NCBI GenBank assembly: GCA_030324005.1
Contig: JARDVH010000121.1
Coordinates: forward strand, 46,589,702 to 46,653,193
Length of the DNA stretch: 63,492 bases
Direction: 5' to 3'
Source of the DNA: Negaprion brevirostris
Taxonomy: Eukaryota
This document shows positions 13,568-23,407 of the stretch, piece by piece. Numbering within the stretch: position 1 is the first letter of the stretch; the number at the start of each line of letters is the position of its first letter. A program made the position numbers and the translations under genes. The notes under the pieces are model-generated. The model searched no databases. It saw only the letters and a program-made list of their open reading frames with translations, and was not told the DNA's origin.

Positions 13568-15899
13568 ATGACTCAAATAAATTCTATGGCAACCCTCTTA
13601 AATTGCAAGGTCCTGGGGAGACTACAGTAAAAATGAATGGCCAGCTCATGGTGAATGTGAAATATAAAGATTCCTGATATCCTTGAACCTCCCTGTCATT
13701 GAAAATTAAGAATGCTCTACTAAGCAGAGGCGCATGCCTTACACTGGGGTTAAAACAAATTCCCAAAGTTGTTCACACACGTGTACACACACACACAAGT
13801 CCCTTAGCCACTCTGACAAAGTCAAGGTCGAAGTGAAAAATAGTCAGTAGTAAAGGATTATCTCACTGGACACCGTGCCAACAAAATGGTGTTCAGATAT
13901 GGTTGCGGTTGAAAACAAAACACCCTAAGAATCTGTGTAAATTTAACTTAGCTAAACAAAGCAGCAGAATGTGAGATCCCTGTGGACAAGAGCCTCACAA
14001 AACTAAACAAGCGCACTTTAATTACCAGTTCAGATGTGAACAATGGATTTTAGCATTTATCTCTAGACAAACAGTCCCGATTGCTGACCACATTTCTGAT
14101 GCCCATTGATCATTATTGTTCTTTGGAAACAATCTGGAGCAGGCACTGTTCCAAACGCAATTGATAATGTCCGATATTACAGAAGGCATGGAAGAAGCAA
14201 GGTGTCAAATGGATGATATGTTCGTACGTGGATCTTTGCACGAGGAGCATCATTGCAGGGTCAGAGCAGTTCAGAGAGCTCTGCAAGATGCAGACCTTAC
14301 ACTGAATGAAAAATGTGAGTTTGCCAAGCCAAACCCATGATTAAGTTTGGAGGTCACATCATGCAAGCCACAGGAATCTCAGTTGATCTGCAAAGCAAAA
14401 CTTATAAAAGAATTCCTGCAGCAGAGGAATATGAGTTTCAATGATTCCTAGGGATGCTAAACCAAGTACACAAGTTCCTTTGAATTTAGCAGATGTCAGT
14501 GAGACATCTTTTCAGACTGTGAAACAGTCCATGTTCCAACAGTGGTGCTGGAACATGGACCAGCAAAATGCTTTTGAAAAGATTAAACAATTTTTAATCT
14601 CTTCTGAAATATTGGCACATTATGACCCAGACTAATTTACTTATTAGTGTCACAAGCAGGCTTATGTTAACACAGCAATGAAGTTACTGTGAAAATCCGC
14701 TAGTCGCCTCATTCCAGTGCTTGTTCGGGTACACTGAGGGAGAATTTAGCATAGCCAACGCACCAAATCAGCACCTATTTCTAACTGTGGGCGCAAACTG
14801 GAGAGCTCGGAGGAAACCCACGCAGATCAGTTTGGCTGGGTATTACTTGTCCTGCAGAAGAATTGATTTCTAATTGAGTAACCTGTGTCCCAAAAGCCAG
14901 AAACACAGAATCAGCATTACTACCGCCTTTTCCATCAAGGCTGTGGGAGTGCATGGGATTGGACTTTTTTGACTGTTTAGGGGAAAATCTTCCTTTTTAT
15001 TGTTCTCGCTTATTATTCACGGTGGATTGAAATAAATCAATTGCATAACAGCAAAGCAGGAGCGGTGATTCAATTGCTCCAACTTATTCAATACATTCTG
15101 GACTTAATGTTTGACAATCTTGAGCTGCATGTGACCAATTCCAAAATTTCTAAAATTAACATGACTTTGTATATGTAACCAGTTCACCTTGCTTTCCTCA
15201 AACAAATGGAGAGGCCAAGAGAAGAGTGTCAGCCATTGTGGAGCTACTTAAGATGAACAAAGACGTTAATCTAGTTCTTCTGATTTATTGATCCTCACCA
15301 CTACAGAATTTTTCACCATTTACAACTTCTATCTCTGAATTAAACACCACATCCCCACGAACGGCCATGAGCTGTTAAAACACCATGAGGAAGAATAGAG
15401 AAACAGCTGAGCTGTACAATTTACAGATATACACCACGTGAGTTACCAGCACTGAAGGCGGAGACAGAGTATATGGTTGCAAGACTAACGTTGAAAAACC
15501 TCTGTACCATCCTAGTTGTGAAGTTGAGGTAGGCTGGAGTATCATGATGGAGAAACCTCAGAACCTTAATGTCCTTGGAGAGAAAGGGAATAGAAATTTG
15601 GGCTTACCGTTCCAATCTGGAAGGGGAGGAAACTACAAGCTCTACAATCACCGAGAAGCGGGCACGGCCTTATTGAGACGTGTAGCATTCTCAAGGGGCT
15701 TGACAGAGTAGATGCTGAGAGGTTATTCCCCTTTTGTGTGAGTGTAGAACCAGAGGGCATAATCCCACACCAACAGAAGGGGAGAGTGCTAAATATGCTT
15801 GATCTCCAAAGTAGATCAAAACCAGATTGGTGCTCAGTCCAAGGTACTTCAGAGACAAACCCTGCAAAGTCTGAGACTTTGGGGAGAGATGGAGGTGGA

Positions 15900-16143
15900 T
15901 GTAAGTATGACGGCAACAAAGACTTGGAAGAGAAGCAGAACAGCGGGGTTAACATCAGAAGCATATGCGAAACTGGATATAATGTCATGACTGAGCAGAA
16001 GCTCTTGCCTTGTGTGGAGGTCCAATTGCATACGTACTCGTACAAATAAATAGTTCTGGTCTTAAAAAAGACAACAAACTTTCGCTGTTTATTTTTAGGA
16101 GATTCAACTATCTCTAAAACCCCTACGACACAGCAGCAAAACA
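15900..16143 (+). repeat. 3' LTR of the Gypsy element (start approximate)
   Basis: TGT...ACA after the purine tract ggggagagatggagg. AATAAA at about 16045. 3' end is homologous to the 5' LTR. Confidence 0.7.
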
Positions 16144-16387
16144 CGTGCATGTGGTATAATTGGCAGGGAAACTAATTTAGCAATTTGCATGTAGGTGTTT
16201 AAATAGCTTGGTTCTGCCACAAATATGTTCTGAATGACGTCACACACAAAAGGAAAGATAGGTGTGAGGTGTCCTGCCAAACGTTTTCTTTCACCACAGA
16301 ACCAACATTAAGGCCAGGTCTGAATGCAGAAAGTGAAAGGGGCTGAAATGGGTGGATGAGGAGTTCACCTCTGAAGGAAGTGAAACT
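16142..16387. promoter_or_regulatory. Candidate myeloid/B-cell enhancer or alternative promoter
   Basis: CACGTG 16142, RUNX TGTGGT 16150, octamer ATTTGCAT 16183, CRE TGACGTCA 16235, RUNX ACCACA 16293, ISRE-like GAAAGTGAAAG 16329, exact EICE GGAAGTGAAACT 16376. Confidence 0.6.
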
Positions 16388-16673
16388 AGCTGCCTTTTAA
16401 ATAAATAGGTAAAATGCAGCTGTTTCTTACATACAGAAGAACTGATGGTCTATGGTGAATTTACTGGAGTGTGGCAATGGATTCACTTACAAAACAAATT
16501 GTAGCCAAACCTATACGTACTACTCCAGACCATTAAGGTATCTAGAGTAATCTCCTGAACTTATAGTTTGAACAGTAGTCAAAAGTGCACTGTTTTCATA
16601 ACAGATTGCATGCTAATAAAGACACTGCTTAGTCAACAACAAGTAGAATTTAAGTAACATTAAAAGTCACGCC

Positions 16674-17341
16674 TGTGACATAACTGGTCCGTTAGTGCGA
16701 GTGGGCGAAACAACCACTACGGGCTCGGGATGTAGTTCAATAGCGGCACAGCTTTATTTTTTATGTTGACGGAGGTGCAGTCAGGACATAGTCGGACTGT
16801 CCTGAAAGCACACTAAAGACTCCCCCCACGACGGGCTACAGTTATACCTGAACTTCGGTGTAGTATGCGATTCAAATGATAATCCTTTATTTATGGTATT
16901 TGACTTCAGCCATCCTGTCTCGATGTTTTCGAGTGTTGAAGCAATTGTTTTAAGTGTGTGTTAATCGTTTTTGTCTGGTTATTAATGGTCTAGAATCTCT
17001 GGGGTTTGAACCACAGGTGTGTCATTGATCTCAGAAGAGGTTTGAGGGGCCAGGGACGTTTCCTTAACTATGCTAATTTTAGGTGTCTCCATGGGTTGTT
17101 TGACTGTTTTAGAAGTGCTGATTTTGATAGGGTGGGGATGTGTTTTTTAATTTAGTTCCAGTAGGTGCCATCCTGTCCAATTTCCCTTATGTGCTAGCCC
17201 TCATTTGTATTCTAAAAGCATGCTCTTGCCTGCTGATCGGTGTCTGTTACTTTGTGATTTTTAGTGGAGAGGCTCTGAGTGTAACTTTAGTCTGCTCCCA
17301 TTTTGTGTGCCCAATTTCATAAAATTTGTTGTCCGATAACA
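16674..17341 (-). mobile_element. Possible solo LTR (ERV- or Gypsy-like)
   Basis: TGT...ACA termini, minus-strand AATAAA about 80 nt from the left end, CpG-rich left part. No clean TSD seen. Confidence 0.4.
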
Positions 17342-17479
17342 CCGGTCTGTTCATTTCCAAGAACTTAATTGGAGCATTTAATTCAGGCAAACATCAGCAA
17401 AATATCATTATGAAAAAGTCCTTCCTATTTATTTTAGTAGAGAGAGAGAGAGATATGGGCATTATAGAATACACAGAAG

Positions 17480-19000
17480 GCCATAACACACAGGAGCAGA
17501 AGATGGCCATTCGGCCCATCACGTTTGCTTCACCATTCAGTCTGATCTGATGATTCTCAACTCCACATTCCTGTCTTGTCCCCATAATTCCCTTACTGAT
17601 TGAAAATCTGTATTTCCACCTTCAACATACTTAACAACCCAGCCTTGTACAGATCTCAGCTTCTACAGTCCTCTGTAGTAAAGAATGCCACAGATTCACT
17701 ACCATCTAGGAGAAGTTCCTCTTATCTCTGTCTTAAATAGATGACACTGAGGTTATGCCCTTTGGTCCTAGACTCTGCCACAAGAGGAAATAACCTTTCA
17801 GCCTCTACCCTGTCAAGCCCCTGAGAATCCTCTTTGCCTCAAAGTTGCCTCTCCATTCTGTTGAATTCTAATGAGTACAGGCCCAATCTACTCCGCCTCT
17901 TTTGAGAAAATCTTCCGTACCTGGGGTCAACGTAGTGAACGTTTTCTGGGCTGCCTCCGATACCAGTATATCTTTCTTTCAATAAGAAGACCAAAGCTGT
18001 GCAGACTGTTCTAGGTGTGAAGCTCATAGAACTGTCAAAATAAACAACCCTTCTCAAACCTACTTCCAAGAAACTTAGTCCCATTAAATGGTCATAAAAC
18101 TTTCAATTAAACAAAGCTCTCAGCCCCCTTGTCAACTGTGTAAACCACCCCTTCTGGATCTGGAACTCTGCCAGTTCTATGCCTGCCNNNNNNNNNNNNN
18201 NNNNNNNNNNNNNNNNNNNNNNNNNNNNNNNNNNNNNNNNNNNNNNNNNNNNNNNNNNNNNNNNNNNNNNNNNNNNNNNNNNNNNNNNNNNNNNNNNNNN
18301 NNNNNNNNNNNNNNNNNNNNNNNNNNNNNNNNNNNNNNNNNNNNNNNNNNNNNNNNNNNNNNNNNNNNNNNNNNNNNNNNNNNNNNNNNNNNNNNNNNNN
18401 NNNNNNNNNNNNNNNNNNNNNNNNNNNNNNNNNNNNNNNNNNNNNNNNNNNNNNNNNNNNNNNNNNNNNNNNNNNNNNNNNNNNNTGGGTGGGATTGTGG
18501 TTGATGTAGACCCGATGGGCCGAATGGCCTCCTTCTGCACTGTAGGGTTTCTAATGAGACAATTCAGAGTAGGTTCACCTAAGCTGATTCCTGGCATGAA
18601 GGGGTTGCCTATGAGAATAGGTTGAACAGATTGGGCCTGTATTCATTGGTGTTCAGAAAAATGAGACATGATCACATTGAAACACACAGATTATAAAGGG
18701 TTTGACCGTTTAGATGCTGAAAAGTATATTTCCTCCTGGTAGGGCATCTGGAACAAAGAGAATCATAGTTTCAGAATAAGGGGTTGTCCCATTTTAAGGT
18801 GGAATTGGCAAAGAATTTCTTCTGAGGGTATGAATCTTCTGCCCCACAGAGCAGCAGAGGCTGGGTCATAAAATTTACTCTAGATTTAAGACCAAGTTTT
18901 GAATTCTGGGAGAGAAGAGGGTTATAGGGGAAAGGCAGGAAAGTGGAGATACAGCCATGATCCTACTGAGCAGAGGAGCTGAATGAGCTAACTCCTTTTT
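17480..19000. mobile_element. Cluster of CR1 fragments (17480-18020 minus; 18555-19000 plus)
   Basis: RLGLYSLEFNRM and RLGLYSLVFRKMRHDHIET remnants with CR1 tails. Confidence 0.8.
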
Positions 19001-19172
19001 CTGAAGATCTCAGAGGAGATCTCATTCTTTGTTTTTCAGTCTGTACCTGTGCACCACATTGAGCAGTATCGGTGCACTGAAAAAGGAAGAATTTACTTCG
19101 AGGTTCTGTATCTGCTGTACTGTGCAGTTTCTTGGGAGTGTGATTTTTTTTTTCTCCCNNNNNNNNNNNNNN

Positions 19173-19337
19173 GCCAGTGGGATTTTCTGGCCCCACCAAG
19201 GCAACCTCTTCGCCACGGAGGGACAGACAAGCCACACCAAACAGCCTAAACTTTGGTGAGATCATTGCTGATGGCCAATGGTGAGCCGTCTCCACTCCTG
19301 TGAAACATGCCCCAGGGATGGTGTCAAAATCCCACCC
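19173..19337. mobile_element. Short GC-rich non-autonomous DNA transposon (MITE) with imperfect TIRs
   Basis: gtgggatttt...aaaatcccac termini. Similar termini at 29604-29725, 48360-48486, 51877-51965 and about 39942-40656. A PIF/Harbinger origin is inference only. Confidence 0.65.
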
Positions 19338-19379
19338 TTGATGTATCAATTTGTAACTGAGTACGGGCCTGCCGACTTC

Positions 19380-19529
19380 TGCTGTGATTCCCACGTGGAA
19401 AGTTTCTCATTCTAACCTCTGGAGGAGCTCGAGCAGCGGCATGCGGGGGCCGAGTCTGTGATTTTGGAGGAGCAGCTGCTTACGACTTGCTGCTCCTCCA
19501 ATCAAACTCAGCGTGTTTTCCGGCTCAGA
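19380..19529 (+). promoter_or_regulatory. Candidate non-coding first exon / promoter-proximal region of HCK (5' boundary unknown)
   Basis: Non-repeat segment with about a dozen CpGs in 220 bp, an E-box CACGTG and ggaaagtttc. Ends at a donor-like AGA|gtaaga (19530), 6.1 kb upstream of the exon 2 acceptor. Exon 2 has an acceptor 4 nt before its ATG, so an upstream exon must exist. No transcript evidence. Confidence 0.45.
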
Positions 19530-20833
19530 GTAAGACACCTGCGATTGCAATCGTTCATCTCTGGACCATGGAGGTGCCATTATGTAAAGTCTTGTTATAG
19601 GGGAGGGGGGAACCTCTTCCCTTGAATTTTTTTGCTGGTTGTTTTGAGGGCTAATTTGCCCCATTCTTTCCCCCACTACACATTTTGAGCCCAACTCTGA
19701 TCTCTGCTATTTCTGGTCAGAGACAAAGCAGCAGTGGTCTAGAAAGAAGGGAAAAGCAGTGGATCAACTAAAGGGTGACTAAATTAAATTTAACACAGAG
19801 CATTGCATGTCGGAAAGGTAAATAGATGATTAAATAAATAAAAACACACGCCCTTTGCAATGACTAAGGGTAAATTTGAGTCGAGTAGTCTTGTTGAGCA
19901 TCTGGCCCAAGAATACCCAAACAAATGTAGGACAGTAATTAAAGCCAATTTTAAAATGTTGAAAACAGAGATAAAGTTTGTTTATCTATTAGTGCCACAA
20001 GTAGACTTACATTAACACAGTAATGAAGTTATTGTGAAAATTCCCTAGTTGCCACACTCCAGTGCCTGTTCTGTTATATTGAGGGTGAATTTGGCATGGC
20101 CAGTCCTCCGAAACAGCACGTTTTTCGGATTCGTAGGCAGCAGAACAATCAGTAAACTGTGGTGGGGTGAATTGTGTTCTGCTCGGACCATCCTTGAGTA
20201 GAGACCACAGCTCTGATCGTTGAGACACAAGGGAGATGTTGGCCGTGTGTAATGCAGCGTCACAAGGCTGCTCGCCAGACTTTGGAGATCTGAGTCATGA
20301 GGATGAACTGAAGGAAAACAAATCTTGGATGAAGTTTAACAAAATGAGCAGTAGCAGATTGGCAGCCAATTGGAATGTCTTCATCTTTTGATTCTAAGAT
20401 CTTTTGCCTCTAACTGTGTGGACAGCTGAGGCTTTTATCGGTCCTCACACCCTGCTTGCTGTGAGCCTGTGGCCCTGACAGCAGTATTACCACATGAATG
20501 GTGTCATTTCTTTACCCTTAATCAAGTGATGCAAATGGATAAAATGTTCTCGATATTCCAGCAGCTTGTTTTTATTCTTGTATTCTTCCGTATGTCTGAA
20601 GCAATGGAATTTTGTTTTGTCCATTACCCATAGTACTTTTGGTTTAGGAACTTCCTTTATCCAGTGCCCCTGCAGAATAGCAATATATTTGACAATTTGA
20701 TTTGATCCAACAATGAGTTTTTGTTTAATTGTTTTATGACGTTCTCAATGACCATTGACAAACCACTTTAGCTGCAACGTCTTTGTATCTTTGGCTTTAG
20801 TGCAAAGCAAAGCCATAGTTAAATGCAATCCGT

Positions 20834-21118
20834 AGGGTGACACAGTGGTTAGCACTGCTGCCTCATGCTCCAGGGACCTGGGTTTGATTCCTGACTTGGG
20901 TCATTACGTGTGGAGCCTGCACCGTATCCCCGCATCTGTGTGGGTTTCCTCCAGTTGCTTCGGTTTCCTCCCACGGTGCTGGTTAGATGCGTTGGCCATG
21001 CTAAATTCTCTCTTCGTGTACCGGAACNNNNCGCCAGAGAGTGGCGACTCGGGGATTTTCACAGTAACTTCGTTGCAGTGTTAATGTAAGCCTGCTTGTG
21101 ACACTAATCAATAAATGT
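20834..21118 (+). mobile_element. V-SINE variant with a different 3' tail
   Basis: Same head and V-domain but ends ggggattttcacagtaacttcgttgcagtgttaatgtaagcctgcttgtgacactaat. Other copies at about 6870-7130 (-), 14635-14825 (-) and 19985-20135 (-). Confidence 0.8.
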
Positions 21119-21587
21119 TTTAAAACAAAAGGTCTGATTTTGCCCAGAGTAAGAATTTTTGCAGAAATTATCTTGCTCCAGTTCATAACCACCCAAATGC
21201 CAGTTGCCCTCTGCTATTTTCATATCTGGGTTAACTCATTGGCAAGATTAGTGTGTACGGAAAATGATGAACACGCTGATTTGTTTGACAATTTTATCTA
21301 ATAATTCTGCAAAAAGAGAGCTCCAACATCAAACTATGCAAATTCAGAAAGAACTACACAATGTTCTGGTACAGACAAATTAGCCAAACGTGTTGTTTTT
21401 TTTTTCCTCCTGTAATAGTGCCTATTTGCAAATAAAACTTGCGAAAATGTTCGGTGCAAATGTTGCAAGGCATGACTGAGAAATTGCACAAGTTGGAAGG
21501 CTGATTTTAGCATCTTTCACAGAGAGGAGTAAATGTGACACTGTCTTAGCTTATCAATGGAATCTATACGTAGTCCACAGGATCCAT

Positions 21588-22226
21588 AGGGTAGCATGGT
21601 GGCACAGTGCTTAGCACTGCTGCCTCGCGGCTCCAGAGACCTGGGTTTGATTCCCGGCTTCATAGAATCCTACGGTGCAGAAAGAAGCCATTCGACCCAT
21701 CGAGTCTGCACCAACTACAATCCCACCCAGGCCCTATCCCCCATATATTTACCCATTTAATCCCTCTAACCCATGCATCCCGGGACACTAAGGGGTAATT
21801 TAGAATGGCCAATCAACCTAACCCGCATATCTTTGGACTGTGAGAGGAAACCGGAGGAAACCCATGCAGACACAGAGAGAATGTACGTGTGGAGTTTGCA
21901 CAATGACCCTGAGCCAGGATTTGAACCCAGGTCACTGGGGCTGTGATGCAGCAGTGCTAATCACTGTGCTACTGTGCTGCCCATGCCGGCTTGGGTCACT
22001 GTCTGTGTGGTGTTTGCACATTCTCCCCATGTCTGCTTGGGTTTCCTCCTACGATTCAAAGATGTGCGGGTTAGGTTGATTGGCCATGCTAAATTGCCCT
22101 TGAGTGTCCCAAGATGTGTAGGTTAGGGGAATTAGCAGGGTTATGTGGATAGTGCCTGGATGGGATTGTTTTTGGTGCAGACTCAGTGGGCCATATGGCC
22201 TCCTTCTGCACTGTAAGGATTCTATG
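21588..22226 (+). mobile_element. HE1/V-SINE-type SINE interrupted by an antisense copy of the same family (21661-21982)
   Basis: tRNA-like head ggtggcacagtgcttagcactgctgcctc, V-domain ttctccccatgtctgcttgggtttcctcc, CR1-type tail ggcctccttctgcactgtaaggattctatga. TSD ccggctt at 21654-21660 and 21986-21992. Confidence 0.88.
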
Positions 22227-23062
22227 ATATGTTATCTACATTATTTGGGTAGTTATAATAAAGCCTATCTATTGAGGCCAATAATATTTTGCCATAAATT
22301 TGAAAAGGGGTGATTATTGATCAAAACGTAACTGTTTGAAACTACAGGATAGTCAGCTACTTGAAATCATATTAAGGCAATTGCAAAGTTACAAACCAAA
22401 TAAAAATGGAAAGCATTGGCAATGCATGGCAAATCTTTCTGTATTTATCAGGAAAAGAATAGGGTAATATTGAGACGTGATCCTTTGTATAGAACATAAA
22501 AATCCATCTTCTTCCTGCAAGACACATTTGATGGGACCAGATGTGAACCATCCTACATGAATTAGATAGGATTNNNNNNNNNNNNNNNNNNNNNNNNNNN
22601 NNNNNNNNNNNNNNNNNNNNNNTAACCTGGGCTTTGTGTTGTCATTGTGAGATTTTTTTTGTGAAAGGAATGTCGGATCTGCCGTAAATGCTAAACTAGG
22701 GAATTTTGACAAAAGCCTGGGCCTCAAGAAAATATGTTTTTCTCAACAATAGTGATAAATAATGGATCAGATCCTTGGAAAAAATAATAATAACCCATTA
22801 CCAGCTGTCTAGTCAAGAAGAGAGAGTGTTTTATAGATTGGATCGAATCAAATTGTCAAATATATTGCTATTCTGCAGGGGCACTGGAAATAATCATCTC
22901 ATTAATAACATTCCTTTTAGGTAGACTGAGATTTAGAAGTTGTCCTTGTTAGGAAGCAACCACTTCTGAGGTTGTCTATAAATTCTCTTCTCCCTCAGAA
23001 GATTAAATAAGCTGAACAGAGTTATTGGATGAACAAACTTAGATTCCTGTTTTGTAACCACC

Positions 23063-23407
23063 ATGACGTGGAGATGCTGCCGTTGGACTGGGGTAAACAC
23101 AGTAAGAAGTCTCTCAACACCAGGTTAAAGTCCAGTAGACTTTATTTGGTAGCAAAAGCCATTTGCTTTCAGAGGGCTGCCACTTCTTCATCTGGTGAGG
23201 GCATGTAAAGACACAAACTCAATTTACAAAATAATGGTTGGAATACGAGTCTTTACAGGTAATGAAGTCTGAAAGGTACAGACAATGTGAGTGGAGGGAG
23301 GGTTAAACACAGGTCCAAGAGATGTGTATTACCCAGGACAGTTGGTGAGATTTTGCAAGGCCAGGCAAGTCGTGGGGATTACAGATAGTGTGACATGAAC
23401 CCAAGAT
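23063..23407 (-). mobile_element. 5'-truncated Penelope-like element (ORF C-terminus plus 3' repeat)
   Basis: Minus strand begins with LGFMSHYL*, the typical end of a Penelope GIY-YIG ORF. Contains the caacaccaggttaaagtcc block and a degenerate hammerhead core. Confidence 0.75.

Larger units (their letters stand above)
10233..16143 (+). mobile_element. Degenerate full-length Ty3/Gypsy LTR retrotransposon with nested insertions
   Basis: Two diverged LTRs, both ending ...ctctaaa...caaaaca. PBS TGGTGGCAGTG at 10461. Gag remnants RYRTAFGL, NIIIEWAKLNRR, RDRIIV and a zinc knuckle ECPAGNVECYNCGK (about 11267). Protease-like KFTLETGAG (about 11985). RT with CQMDD and LTLNEKCEF (about 14200-14330), connection ILAHYDP, integrase TSSPCFPQTNGEAKR (about 15180), purine tract at about 15880. 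Confidence 0.85.
20660..22888. repeat. 51-bp inverted repeat (arms 20660-20710 and 22838-22888)
   Basis: 50 of 51 positions complementary. Confidence 0.92.

Noticed and set aside
15566-16150. 194-aa minus-strand ORF and overlapping 103-aa plus-strand ORF
   Set aside because: They span a CR1 fragment, the Gypsy 3' end and the LTR, and show no domain motif; chance frames.
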